A stretch of DNA of 64,000 bases from an uncultured Nitrososphaeraceae archaeon (GTDB lineage: Archaea; Thermoproteota; Nitrososphaeria; Nitrososphaerales; Nitrososphaeraceae): contig CAVSLF010000004.1 in the NCBI GenBank assembly GCA_963728595.1, positions 1 to 64,000 on the forward strand. The letters run 5' to 3'. Under the pieces are notes generated by a model. That model was not told the origin of the DNA and made no database searches. It was given only the letters and a program-made list of their open reading frames with translations. Each line of letters begins with the position of its first letter. The stretch's first letter is position 1. Below, one piece after another: positions 29,448-41,056 of this stretch. A program made the translations under genes and the position numbers.

Positions 29448-29846
29448 TTATTCCGTAGTTTTCCCATCATATTCTGCATCATTATCTTCTGCTTCCTTTT
29501 TAGTGGCCCGTACAATCCCGTCCTTATGATGAGGCGGAGCGTAAAGCGTATACATTTTCAGATCTGTTTGGTTGTCAATATTTAGGATATTGTGCTTAGC
29601 GCCGCTTGGGATGACGATTGCATCACCATCCTTAATTTCGTAATCAATTCCATCTATTATGCATTTTCCATGACCACCTTCAATGCGAAAGAATTGATCA
29701 TTTTCAGTGTGAACTTCTTCCCCAATTTCTTCGCCTGGTCGTAAACTCATAAGTACAAGTTGAATATGTTTGGAAGTGTACAATACTTTCCTAAATTTAT
29801 TGTTACCCAGCGTGTCTTTTTCGATGTTTGTGTTATAGCCTTTCAT
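29448..29846 (-). CDS. Cupin domain protein
   Basis: QLVLMSLRPGEEIGEEVH..DQFFRIEGG..IPSGAKHN..YTLYAPPHH. Confidence 0.92.
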   Translation of the reverse strand: MKGYNTNIEKDTLGNNKFRKVLYTSKHIQLVLMSLRPGEEIGEEVHTENDQFFRIEGGHGKCIIDGIDYEIKDGDAIVIPSGAKHNILNIDNQTDLKMYTLYAPPHHKDGIVRATKKEAEDNDAEYDGKTTE

Positions 29847-30049
29847 TGTTTCTGTTTATTTAGAAATAATTAATAAACTATTAGAATAATTTATCTATCA
29901 ACTACATTGAAATTGGCACTGATAGTCATGATGCTATGTTGATATAATAGATGAGTTGACTAAAAAACCTACTATGTACAAAATGGCTCGTTACTACTAA
30001 AAAAATAAGTTGACGACTGTAACCTACTATTTACCCATTCCTATTGCCT

Positions 30050-30395
30050 ACCTTGTCCCCTTCTGCTAATTTTGTTAGCGGGTTAGTTCGATTGCCTGTT
30101 TGATTGGCTACACCCTGTGATCATATTTCATTAGTCTGGTTAGCTGTTGTATTAGATTCGGCAGACATCTTCTCAGCAAGAGATGCATTAGGATTTCTGA
30201 TCGAGGTGTTATTTGCTTTTATCTCACTGTTGTTTCTCAAAACTTATGTTCTTGTGCACTTCCGATACCTTGAGATGAGGTATTGCCGCTTGTGCTTTAG
30301 TTACCTGCTACTGAATTGTTACTCGCTGATTGACTATATACAGACGTGAATAACAAACCAGACATCACTCCTGACACCAGGAATAGAGCAATGAT
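30050..30395 (-). pseudogene. Decayed gene for a secreted sequon-rich protein
   Basis: Signal-like IALFLVSGVMSGLLFTSVYSQS followed by NNS/NTS/NQT-rich segments interrupted by stops. Confidence 0.4.
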
Positions 30396-30728
30396 GTAGT
30401 CTTTTCAATTACTACTAATTAATGAGTACTTAGTTCATAAAATATAAAAAACTTATAGAATTGGTAGCTAGTACCTCTCAGCTGTGTGATCATTATTTCT
30501 AAATAAATCCTAGATTTCCGTACATTCAATCCCCTGCTATCCGGCTTTAGGTCGAACGAAAATATGCGTTCTTTCAGTTTTTGTTCATCCGGTTGTTATT
30601 ACGAACCACAGATCTTGAGTTTAATTTTTGTTTTATGACCTGTTATGCACTGACATGGTTGGTATTGCGTGGTCCACCCAATATCATAAATGTTTATATA
30701 GCTACCTGTTCTTATACAAGGTAGACTA

Positions 30729-31190
30729 ATGTCATCAACCGTAACCATACAACAAAATCTAGGATCAGAGAAATCCAGATATTCAAGTCAGTCAGACAAA
30801 TCGCCTCTAATTTCCGATCTTATCAAGGCGATATCTGATGATAAAGCATTGACAATTTTCAACGCCGTGGCCTTAAATGCTGGTAAAACTGATTTGCTAA
30901 TTAGTACACTTGGTTTAACTCGCAAGCAGTTTTATTCAAAAATGGAACGGCTCATTAAACAAGGATTGCTGGTCCGGAGAATTGGCAGATACTATCTCAC
31001 TAGTCTCGGCAAGATCCTATATGAATTGCAAAGTACTTTAGGAATAGCTCTTAATAATTACTGGAAGCTCAAGGCGATTGATTCTTTGCAAACTCCCGGC
31101 GGTTTACCTGAATTTGAGGTCAACAAATTAATAGATTCACTACTGGAAAACTCAATTTTGAAAAACATAATCCTCGCAAAGGTAAAGTAG
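30729..31190 (+). CDS. Winged-HTH transcriptional regulator
   Basis: ISDDKALTIF..LTRKQFYSKMERLIKQGL..YYLTSLGK..NNYWKLKAIDS. Confidence 0.85.
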   Translation: MSSTVTIQQNLGSEKSRYSSQSDKSPLISDLIKAISDDKALTIFNAVALNAGKTDLLISTLGLTRKQFYSKMERLIKQGLLVRRIGRYYLTSLGKILYELQSTLGIALNNYWKLKAIDSLQTPGGLPEFEVNKLIDSLLENSILKNIILAKVK

Positions 31191-31494
31191 CATTAGACAT
31201 TGCATTTCTATTCAACATCTGCACCCTCCCACTTATCAGATCAATTGCTCAATTACAAAGTTACTGCTATGATATGACTGTGAAGTGTCAATACTGTAAG
31301 AAAGGTCTATCTCGTATAGGCTATATTGTGGGGGGTGCTCGTAAAGGACGAATTATGAAACTTTGGTGCATATTCTGCGGTATTGAATCCCACGTATGCG
31401 AATGAAAATATTCAATTAAATAGCGTATACTAGACTGTCTCTAAAATGATCACGAGAGAAAGTGTGATGAGGAAAATTATGTTTCAGATGTAGA

Positions 31495-31719
31495 TTAATA
31501 AGCCGTTATCTCGTGTGAATGTATTATGTTATCGGTTTTATCACAATGTCCACAAGTCCAAGAAATATGTTCAGTGCAAACATCGCAAACTGATATAGCA
31601 ATCAAGAAAGTACCGCATATTCTACAAGATCCTTTGTTATACATACATTTCATCTTGTGACATAGTCTATTAGCCTTCCTATGGCCAATTCTGTCAAAGT
31701 TGGCACATTTGATAGTCAT
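31495..31719 (-). CDS. Small zinc-ribbon protein (true start may be internal)
   Basis: CRICG..CDVC..WTCGHC. Confidence 0.6.
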   Translation of the reverse strand: MTIKCANFDRIGHRKANRLCHKMKCMYNKGSCRICGTFLIAISVCDVCTEHISWTCGHCDKTDNIIHSHEITAY

Positions 31720-31929
31720 CTTTCAACTATTTTACAAAATGTTATTGGTTATGATGGGAATATCAAAATTTAATGCATTTTTGATACCATTATTTAATAC
31801 CATTTCCATAATAAATATCAACTTTAATCCAAATGATTCGGTATATCCTCATTTAAAGACCAAGGATTCCATCAAGTTGGATCATTCTTTTACCCATACC
31901 TTTAGATAGTTAGTTGACGTTATACTAGT

Positions 31930-32088
31930 ATGACTGTTTGTGTCTTGTGTCAAAAAACTTTCATCGCAGGGGATACGATTATTGAACAACGATTAATCGC
32001 TGACACCGAATTTTGCAGCATATGCTTCACTGAATTTATGACAGAGCAGGGGGATACTAACATTTTTTCAACACAAACATCATTCTAA
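31930..32088 (+). CDS. Small CxxC..CxxC zinc-finger protein (52 aa), absent from ORF track
   Basis: MTVCVLCQKTFIAGDTIIEQRLIADTEFCSICFTEFMTEQGDTNIFSTQTSF*. Confidence 0.55.
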   Translation: MTVCVLCQKTFIAGDTIIEQRLIADTEFCSICFTEFMTEQGDTNIFSTQTSF

Positions 32089-33622
32089 AATAGGATAATT
32101 TTTTCTAACATTATTAAGCCATGAGTCCTTGAAATACAAGGATGGGTACTTCATATTGTAACAGCTGAACAGAAATCGCAAAGAACTTAGCCATTTTGTA
32201 AAGAAGGATCTGGTATTACGCATTATTGAAAGAACCAATAGTCACGTAGTACTAGTAACAGTTAAGGAGGACTTTAGGCTTGTGTAGATAGTTATGATCG
32301 TCCAATAAAGTCATCTTTTCGAGAGAAAAGTTTGTGTCTTACCTACAGCTACAGCGTTCTTTGCTCCTTCGAAATAGTAATCGTCCTCCCTACTAAATGA
32401 CTTTGATATCCCGATCCGGTATCTTTTTTGTCCAGCCGTCCATGAACCTTAGGATATCCATAATGCCTTCTAACACTGGCTTTTCATCATAACTGCAATC
32501 ATAACTATTGGTATTAGTCATATCACGAATTACTATTATTATATTACTATATACTGGTATTAACGCTAGCTGTCCAAAATGACTCGCCATAATAGAGAAT
32601 AAATTCTGTAATTACCATCAGAATGAGAGAATAGCCCAGTAAAAGAAGAAAAAGGACGCTAAATGCTCCTCATATGTGAGTACGGCAATCATTGTCTGGC
32701 CTGTAGAATTTAAGTCACTTATATTCCCAATCCTCTTTGGAGGTGATACATCATGCATATCGATGCAAATGAAGCAGTCGAAACATTGCTCAAGCAATCC
32801 ACTTCTAGTCTGATTAGCTAGAATCTACTTTTCAATATGATGGTGGTTGTGTTGGTATTAGCTGAAATATAGTCGAAATTCATTAGTTTCTGAATGTTGA
32901 GCGAACTCGCATTGTGCTCCTCTGTATTAGTTTACTTACTAGTACCCCGAATTTAATCTTCAAGGTTTACTCGTCTACACGACAGCACAGATATACTTGA
33001 TGCCACAAAGAGTCTATAATATAAAAATGAATGTCAAGAACGCAAGGCATTCATCAGAAGGTTACACATCGTGTTTTAGGATCTGCAAAGCAACTGTAAT
33101 TACATCTGAAGATCAAGAATTAACGAAAGTAAAATACATCCGAATCTGTGAAGTATTCGATGAATGTTACGCCGTTTATTGAGTTGGCTCAGATATACTT
33201 CTTTCTGAAGGGCCAGTCGTCATTGGACGATGAGGCTCAAATAGAAGCGTCGTCCCCCCGGATATACGTGTAAAGGGTGAAAACCATCCATAAATGAAAT
33301 TAATATCTTGTGTTGTACTTTCGAGAGAGGGGACCACTCAAGCAAAAGCAAAACTGACAGAAAATCTATACCTCCAGCCCTAGTTGAACTCCTTCTCCTG
33401 TCAACGAGTTCCATAGTCAGAACTTCTTCCACGATGATTCTATCACTGCTTAGTGACTGACGCATGGCAGTTTCATTTTCATTTTTCTTAAGACTTGAAG
33501 TCAGTAATGATAACCTGGAAACGTCCAAAAATAGTCTCCACTTTCGTGATGGGAATATTATTTTTACCCGTTACAATTATGTTTAGATTTTCAAAAAATG
33601 AATAGAAGGTCAAGATTAAGCA

Positions 33623-33916
33623 TTATTGTAACTCGATTATCTCGTCCCAAGTTCCAGTTGCCGAGAGCATGTAGTATTTGCTATGATTGGAGGATTGCAA
33701 ATGTATGATATCTCCTGTTGTTATTTGAATCTGAAATAATTTGTTCAAGAATTGAAGGAAACTGGGTCCTGCGACTATACTCTTGGCTTCCTTTTCAAAT
33801 GGTTTCGTGTAGTATTTTTGCAGGGTATCAATTAGTCCCAACTCTCCAAGTTCCTCTACAAGTTCAGAGCAGTCTTTAAACTGCGAGTTTCTTTTGTAAA
33901 CAGAAATTTTTGCCAT
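33623..33916 (-). CDS. Hypothetical protein
   Basis: MAKISVYKRNSQF..GPSFLQFLNK..GDII..GTWDEI; start refined to the internal ATG. Confidence 0.7.
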   Translation of the reverse strand: MAKISVYKRNSQFKDCSELVEELGELGLIDTLQKYYTKPFEKEAKSIVAGPSFLQFLNKLFQIQITTGDIIHLQSSNHSKYYMLSATGTWDEIIELQ

Positions 33917-34162
33917 TATATAGTTTTCCGTATACTTATGGAACGATCTGCAATTTATCGTTATCCATGTGTAGATCATAGCGGCATAAATAAAACACAA
34001 TAGCTATATGCTAAGGGGGTCATTCCATTGTTCTCTTCTCCTGGCCAGAGTTGAAGAAGTTAATTATTTTTTCTATCGTGTATCTAGTCCGTGATCTTAG
34101 TACTTTCTGCAGATAATTGGTCAACAGATATTTTTTAATAGGTAACCGCTACAATATTAGAT

Positions 34163-35131
34163 ATGGTGGATTTGATATATGGCCGTGGAATAACTGATAT
34201 TGCACGAGAAATTCCTTTATACTTTAATTTATTCCATAAGATGATAGGCATCAAACTTTTTCACGAAAAACCGGCACTATATGGTTCTGCGGATATAATC
34301 AATGTTTGTAATCTTCACTGCTCTCATTGTTACTGGTGGTTAAACAGAAAGGAGGAAAAGAATGATTTAAGCGTACAAGAATGGAGACAAAGAATTAGAG
34401 AGACGTTCAAGAAACAGCATCTCTTTGTTATCACCTTGGTTGGTGGTGAACCGACCATGAGGCCCGAAATAATAGATCTATTTTGCGAAGAAATGCCTAG
34501 AAGAGTCTGTGTAGTCACAAACGGATATTTTCCTCTCAAGAGATTTGAAAAACTTTATTTTTATTGGATATCTTTGGATGGTACTCAAAAGGCTCATGAT
34601 AGCATCAGGGGAGAAGGTACCTACGCCAAAACTAAGCAGAACATCCTAGAGTATATTAAAGGCCCTTCCAGGAATGGAAAGCCTGCCTGGAAAGATATAT
34701 GGATTACAATGACTATTAATTCTATCAATTGCAGTACAGTGAATGATTTGGTCGACGAATGGAAAGGAATAGTAAACAAGATAGGCTTCCAATTTCATAC
34801 TCCCTTTGTCAAAGGAGACCCGTTATGGTTAAAATTTGGAGAGGAACGAAATGGCATTGTAGACGGTCTTATACAACTTAAAAGAGACTATCCGGATTTT
34901 GTGATAAATAGCGAGAAGCAGTTGTCACTAATGAAAGGAAATTGGGGCGGCACTGGTACCACTCCTATTCAATGTCCCACATGGGCAATACTCTCTTTAG
35001 ATCATATGGGGAGAATTAAACAGCCTTGTTGTATTGGAAGTGCCGATACGAAGGCACTAAAGCCAATTTGTGAGGAATGTGGCCTCGGATGTTATTCTGT
35101 ATTAGTTGCAAACGGCATTTCCGGTGCATAA
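34163..35131 (+). CDS. Radical SAM protein with C-terminal Cys cluster (SPASM/twitch-like)
   Basis: CNLHCSHC, GGEP, VTNG, ISLDG motifs; C-terminal CPTW..PCC..CEECGLGC. Confidence 0.93.
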   Translation: MVDLIYGRGITDIAREIPLYFNLFHKMIGIKLFHEKPALYGSADIINVCNLHCSHCYWWLNRKEEKNDLSVQEWRQRIRETFKKQHLFVITLVGGEPTMRPEIIDLFCEEMPRRVCVVTNGYFPLKRFEKLYFYWISLDGTQKAHDSIRGEGTYAKTKQNILEYIKGPSRNGKPAWKDIWITMTINSINCSTVNDLVDEWKGIVNKIGFQFHTPFVKGDPLWLKFGEERNGIVDGLIQLKRDYPDFVINSEKQLSLMKGNWGGTGTTPIQCPTWAILSLDHMGRIKQPCCIGSADTKALKPICEECGLGCYSVLVANGISGA

Positions 35132-35220
35132 AAAACCGACAAGATTTTCAGTCTGCTTGACTCCACTAGCGATGGAATGCGTCTCGGAATTCAGTGAAAT
35201 ACAAAAGGAAGTAACATCCA

Positions 35221-35269
35221 GAGGCCGTAATATTTTTCATGAGGCCGTAATATTTTTCATGAGGCCGTA
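35221..35269. repeat. Intergenic tandem repeat, 20 bp x2.5 (gaggccgtaatatttttcat)
   Basis: Two exact units and a 9-nt partial unit. Confidence 0.9.
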
Positions 35270-35478
35270 TCCCACGTGGCAGAGTTCGTCGCGCATGAGA
35301 AGACGCTTCAGATAGATCAGTGACTATAATGTTGCTTTCAAGTTGAAATTTCGTCATCTCTGCAGGATGGGTCTGTTCATTAGCCAGAGTCGAAAGTGTT
35401 TCCAATCGAGGTTGCCCAGCTTTGATTTTAGGTTAGAGTATTTTTAATCCTAGTGAAGCAATTATCGTGTAAACAAAC

Positions 35479-35895
35479 TTACTGAACTCCCGTCGGGACC
35501 CCTTTTATCATTTTCCTAATGGCTCCATCTTCTATCATTGCATCAATTAACGAATTGATTTCTCTTCTGCTATTTCCTCCAGATAGTACAAAAGTATCTA
35601 TCGCCTTCAATTGGATATGAATTCTCAATGCATTATGTATCAGCCTCATAGCATTCAATATTGAATTGCCAAGAATTGTAGTGCTGATCATATCGTTTTG
35701 TCTCTTTACAAGTCCTGTTTTCGCTAATTTTCTAATTCTAAAGTATAATTGTTTTTTTGTCAACTTTAACCCCTTACTTAATTGCGCGATGGTATAACCA
35801 TCCCGTTTCATACTTACAAGTTTCAAAATCTCAAACGTATTATGGTCGGAGATCACTTTCAAAACTTCTATGCTTCGAGTATCTCCTGTGTCCAT
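35479..35895 (-). CDS. Winged-HTH transcriptional regulator
   Basis: LKVISD..LTKKQLYFRIRKLAKTGLVKR..LKAIDT. Confidence 0.8.
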   Translation of the reverse strand: MDTGDTRSIEVLKVISDHNTFEILKLVSMKRDGYTIAQLSKGLKLTKKQLYFRIRKLAKTGLVKRQNDMISTTILGNSILNAMRLIHNALRIHIQLKAIDTFVLSGGNSRREINSLIDAMIEDGAIRKMIKGVPTGVQ

Positions 35896-36221
35896 GCCGG
35901 ATTTAGTGAAAAAGTATAATTAAGTTTGGTTAGAGAATTCAACAGGAATTGTCCCTGCCGCTGAACTTTTCATTTAATTAACCAATAAATCCGAATTGAC
36001 AACTATTAGACCCTGCCATAATAGCCAGTTCACAATGAAACTAGATTACAATAAAGACACGATTCACACGGATCTGCGGAAGGCATGGTATGTGGATGAT
36101 TTTGGACGGGAATTCTCAGATCATTCATTCATTAGAACGACATGATCAGAAAAACTCATCATAAAAGATATGCTTTCAATAGAATTCAAACTTTCGTATG
36201 ATCACTATTGTCCTTTGGTTA

Positions 36222-36767
36222 TTATTTTTTCTTTGGGGAGGAAATCTCTTGAAGTTTTCTGGACTGCGCGATACCTATAATTGGTAAATTTGTACAGTCT
36301 AAAAGACCTATCTGTGCAAGTACGGAAGCCTGATCCCAGTAAATGTGTTCATGAACAATCCTGTTTCTTTTAAATTTCATCACAACGACGTGTGGAATCT
36401 CCACATATTTTCCTGTAGGAGCAATTCCTGCAAGCATATACGGAATTTCGGTATCATGTGTAAAACATAAAATAAGCTCATCAACGACTTGATCTTTTCC
36501 AATTGTGCGAGAGATACGCTTTAATTTTGTGTCATTAGGCATTTTGCCAACAAATTCAGTCTTATAGAAATTATAAACTTGATCAAAACCAATGCCTCCT
36601 GTCATTGTGGCTACATGATGTACAATAGGTTCCTTTACCATGGTCTTCATTGTTGCGTCAACATCATGATCAACAAATTCATGCTTTACATGCCTATCGA
36701 ATATATTTCCCAGGTTTACCCGTTTTCGCTGCTCACGCTTAGTCATCTCACTTTCTCCACACATCAA
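36222..36767 (-). CDS. SnoaL-like/ester cyclase (type found fused to dienelactone hydrolases)
   Basis: HEF..DVDATMKTM..TGG.G..SRTIG.DQVVDE..FTHD..HEHIYWDQASVLAQIGLL. Confidence 0.88.
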   Translation of the reverse strand: MMCGESEMTKREQRKRVNLGNIFDRHVKHEFVDHDVDATMKTMVKEPIVHHVATMTGGIGFDQVYNFYKTEFVGKMPNDTKLKRISRTIGKDQVVDELILCFTHDTEIPYMLAGIAPTGKYVEIPHVVVMKFKRNRIVHEHIYWDQASVLAQIGLLDCTNLPIIGIAQSRKLQEISSPKKK

Positions 36768-37105
36768 CCTGCTGTGGTAAACTTCCTAATTTCTTTTTCC
36801 CTAGATCTACATTGAATTCTAATGTAAACGGTTTCACGTTTTATTTCCACATAATATTGTAGTCAACATTGTAAAAAAGGATCAAACACGAGCATGTCGA
36901 AATCAATCTCTTTGCTACTGACAAAGAAAAATAGCAAGACGACAACGCGAGCTAAACACAACTGCAGCGAGATCCAGCAGGATAAATTATAAGCGTCATT
37001 GTGCATTCTTCACTAGTGATTACAGCCATTCCATCTTTGAGCTCCTTGTTTACTTATTGTGCTACTCTTTTGGAACAGAAACACTTTGACAAGGTGAGGA
37101 AGGTG

Positions 37106-37474
37106 CTATCTTCCTTCGATAATGTTTTTTAATATATGGCGATGACAGTGTGGGTTTCTCTCTGCTTCATAACATATTAGCGTGATAAAACTTGGATTAG
37201 GATTTGTAATTGATCTGGATATTTCACGAAGCGTCTCTAAATGGGCTTGGGCCTTATCACTGCGGGACATCTCTTTTCTGTATTCTGATTCGAAAACCTC
37301 CCAAGTAATTTCTCGGTTTTTCCATTTCTGAAGTAAATATTGGGACGGTGCTAACGCTGGATACCATAAATCGTAATGTGTTCTTTTTACACGTCTGGGA
37401 TACCTGGCGACCAACAACCTAACCCCATCTGTATCTTTCTTAGGATCACGAATTGATTTTGTCTTAATTATCAT
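37106..37474 (-). CDS. DUF488 (YeaO-like) family protein
   Basis: IKTKSIRDP..DGVRLLVARYPR..W.PALAPS..LL..WE.F..EY..EM..TLICYE..CHR. Confidence 0.85.
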   Translation of the reverse strand: MIIKTKSIRDPKKDTDGVRLLVARYPRRVKRTHYDLWYPALAPSQYLLQKWKNREITWEVFESEYRKEMSRSDKAQAHLETLREISRSITNPNPSFITLICYEAERNPHCHRHILKNIIEGR

Positions 37475-37602
37475 TTGGAGTGTTGTTTGTTGTTAATTCA
37501 TTCCCACGAAATAAGGGTAACCATTAAAGAAAGAAAGTCTAGGAGTGAGGAAATCAAATCAATAATGCGAATGAACAATTATCAAATATGGCCTGTATAT
37601 GA

Positions 37603-37998
37603 TCATGCATTAGCGAACGAAAACTCATCAATGATTAATTTTAGCATATATCTGTGGCAGTAGGGATTATCATCTTTTTCGTAGCATAGGAGTCTAATTA
37701 TTTCCCCTTTCTTGCTGCGTTCCCCCAGATTCCGTATTGCCTTGAGACTCTTAGCGCTCTTCATTTCAGCTGTATATTTAATTGAAAATTTTTTCCAATC
37801 ATGAGGAGTCACATTGCTCTTTTTCCATTCATCGTGTGTGTCAATGCGCGGAGCCAGTTCTGTAATATGTTCGTCACAATCAACCCAACCATATCTCTTA
37901 TTGGCAACTAGGACAACCGTTTCTTCGTCTCTTTTCTTTCGAATACGATCGAGGTGATTTTTATTGTAATCTGATGCACAGCCTACTTTAACTGGCAT
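37603..37998 (-). CDS. Divergent DUF488-like protein
   Basis: ELAP..W..W.KF..KY.AEM..IRLLCYE..YCHR. Confidence 0.7.
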   Translation of the reverse strand: MPVKVGCASDYNKNHLDRIRKKRDEETVVLVANKRYGWVDCDEHITELAPRIDTHDEWKKSNVTPHDWKKFSIKYTAEMKSAKSLKAIRNLGERSKKGEIIRLLCYEKDDNPYCHRYMLKLIIDEFSFANA

Positions 37999-39039
37999 TA
38001 TTTTATCCCTCTTTCGTCATTCATACAACTTCATCCCTTCAATACCTATTTTTCTCAAAACTTTCCATATATACTATGAAGTCTCATCATAATTTGATAC
38101 TATCCTCTGCCAAGAGGGGGTGCCGCATTGATGGTTGCGGCTAGCAGGCAAGCACTAATCAGGGTCATTTCTATCTAGGGAGTTCTCAGCCACTTAATGT
38201 TACATGACAGGCAATAAAAAGAAACCAATATGGAAGTTAGAGTCGTGAACTTTATGTTTCGACGAGAATGAATATTCTCCAGGCTAGCTATTCGTTAATT
38301 TGCTCGCAGAGGTGATTTTTGAAACTTCATGTCTAAATTATTTAATTAAGCTATCCCCTTGAACTGTCGATGACAATTTTTAGCGGTCTGTAAGCTTTCG
38401 CTAATCTTCGGCCTCTAATATGAATGATTAATCCGATAATTATGAAGAAAACATCTTCAATTAACCAAGTCAGTTTAGATGATATTTTTAGACCCATACG
38501 CGAATACAGAGACAAGATACACCGCTTGTATCTCGAAAGTATCTCCAGTACCGAAAATGACTAGTTTATAAAACCTAGTGTCTTAAGGCGTAGAATTTGT
38601 TTCGTAAGATCTATTTTATTTTGCATAGGAGCGTTAAATGTTGTTGCATGAGAAGGTTTATTCTTTTCTCTGTACCCTTAACTTCGCCTAACAGCGCTTT
38701 TGGGATATCTTGAAGGGTATTAACGAAGTAATACCTTAAATGAATCAGGGCGGACTCAGAATATTATGAATGACTCACTGAACTCAACATGCTTTGTTCA
38801 TTGTAGCCCTAATCCATACCTATGAATGATTTGTAAGAAATAAGATACAGATCAACTGGATACAAAGTTTTAATATCTCCAAAATTCTTCGGTATGAGTC
38901 TGTTGAGATGGAATGTCCCGGTAAATGTGAAATACTGAATGCGAGACAAGGCAATTCTTTCATTAACAGCCGTCATCGATCAAGGGAATCCTGATCAACT
39001 AAATTGTGAGGAACTTATGCGGATGTTACTCGTTTTGTT

Positions 39040-40062
39040 ATGAAAATGTTAAGCATACATCAATTCTTTATTATCTACACTCTATTGCTATTTACATCTG
39101 CCATCATTGCGGTCACTCCTAGTAATTATGTGGATGGAGCTCGTGACGGAATAACAGTTGCATTTGTTGGTGATATATCTTGCAATATTACCGGAAGAGC
39201 TACTATTAATTCAATCATGGCTGACAATCCTGATGCATTTGTTATTTTGGGTGATATGTCATACGGGCCTTCTGCGGGCTGTTTTTATAGCTATGTTAAA
39301 GATCTGAAAAATCAAGGCGTTACTGTTAGATGTGACATCGGTAACCATGATTCAGAACAAGAACAGTCAGACCAACTAGAAAAATGGTACTGGAATCTTT
39401 GTGCTGGGGGCACCTCTCAGAAAGGATTCTGGAAAATTCGGGCTGGTGACATTAGCATTTTGGGTCTCAATACCCAGTGTGATGGAAATAGCAGTCATTC
39501 AGCAACAGAGCCACCTTGTGACGTTGGAAAAATAATAAAATTCTTGAAGGAAGGGGATAGGACCAGATTTGTTGTTGCCACGGCACACAGGCCACTATGC
39601 GACTCGCCAATATCAAAAAGTCCAAAATTTGAATGTAATAAGCAATTGCTTGATGAATTTGATCGCCTAGGAGTGACAGCAACTGTGAGCGCAGATAATC
39701 ATTGTTCGGCTTACAATGACAAGAAGTTTATTGCTGGCGCAGGAGGCAGATCTCACTACGCATGTTCGGGTTGGGATTGGATTGATGACACAAAATACGC
39801 CTATCTTTTTATGGAATACAAAGAAAACAAATTAGATTTCGTATTCAAGCATTTTAAGACTAAGGCTGAAATATCGCCTCATTTTTCAATAGATAACAAC
39901 GAAAACCAACAAGTGTTGCCTGCAAATGCCACAGGGAATCGGACGCATGTTTTAATACATACACTAGACGGAACCGTAGAGTTTAAGGACAAAAATGGAA
40001 CCATATACTATCAGATACCAACTGTACCTGGAATCGTTCCTATCCCTAGCGAGAAAAAATAG
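39040..40062 (+). CDS. Secreted metallophosphoesterase (calcineurin-like)
   Basis: Signal peptide; VGDI, LGDMSY, IGNHD, AHRP, ADNH motifs. Confidence 0.88.
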   Translation: MKMLSIHQFFIIYTLLLFTSAIIAVTPSNYVDGARDGITVAFVGDISCNITGRATINSIMADNPDAFVILGDMSYGPSAGCFYSYVKDLKNQGVTVRCDIGNHDSEQEQSDQLEKWYWNLCAGGTSQKGFWKIRAGDISILGLNTQCDGNSSHSATEPPCDVGKIIKFLKEGDRTRFVVATAHRPLCDSPISKSPKFECNKQLLDEFDRLGVTATVSADNHCSAYNDKKFIAGAGGRSHYACSGWDWIDDTKYAYLFMEYKENKLDFVFKHFKTKAEISPHFSIDNNENQQVLPANATGNRTHVLIHTLDGTVEFKDKNGTIYYQIPTVPGIVPIPSEKK

Positions 40063-40220
40063 CTATTTGTCCAACACTTTTTGATATCCAGTCAGGCGGG
40101 AATTTGAATTCTAATTTTGTAATTATTGGCATTATAGATGCTGTTGGCGTGGATCTTGTTAACTTGCTTTCGTTATTTCGGCCAGCTTCCTTAAATAATC
40201 TTTTGATCATAATAACTACA

Positions 40221-40439
40221 ATGAGTCATGAATCTGAATTGTCAAATACGATGTATGATCTATTGCATGCAATGGGAAAAGACGCTGGCTTCCTTTACGA
40301 AACTATTGATACGTACATCAAGGATGCACAAAATGCAAATAAATCTGATTTAGTAGAGACTTGGCAAACCATCAAGAAGGATCGACTTAAGCATTTACAT
40401 ATGTTAAAACAAGCCCTCGAGAAAGAAATTCACGGATAA
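40221..40439 (+). CDS. Small helical (ferritin-half-like) hypothetical protein
   Basis: SNTMYDLL..TIDTYIKDAQ..W.TIK.DR.KH..ML..LE. Confidence 0.7.
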   Translation: MSHESELSNTMYDLLHAMGKDAGFLYETIDTYIKDAQNANKSDLVETWQTIKKDRLKHLHMLKQALEKEIHG

Positions 40440-41056
40440 AACCCTCTTTTTTTCAAAATTTTACTTTATAATTTTCAAAGAAAAAAAGAGAAACAGAGTG
40501 AATGCCGCTTCTTACTTATCGAATTAATTGCGTTCAAGAATATTGTCATAATAATTTGTTTTATCTCTGTTTGGCGTAATGTACTGGCTCAATTGATCCC
40601 ACTTGAGGTAATATCTGCGGGGTAAGCGAAATACTCATGCAATTCCGTGGACAAAAATGATGAATGAATTGGACGTGTTGAGCACAGAGCCAACTTCCAG
40701 GGATTAATAGGATACGGAGTGGTAAAGTCTTTGAAAGAGCCAACGAAGTATAACTATTAAAATTTTTGAAGGAAGATAAATATTCCTTTTTATTACTTCC
40801 AGACAAACGTCGTGTATTTAGTAGTAATGTAAGTTATGATTAACGAATGCACTTTCGATTTTTTTGTGAAGGGAATGCTGCATCCATACATTCTTGAAAG
40901 CCTTTATCCTCAAGGCCCAAACATTTTGTGTTGTTTTTGGCAGCTGAGCTTGGTCTCTTGTTCGATACATTTGGATCAACAGAAAAACAATAACATAGCA
41001 TGTAGGGAACTAATTTTTTTGTCCGCCTAGATTAGTTTTTAGTATTCTATTTTCAA

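Noticed and set aside
32393..33528. Short ORFs 32393..32590, 32997..33182 and 33220..33528
   Set aside because: No recognisable motifs; probably decayed fragments or spurious
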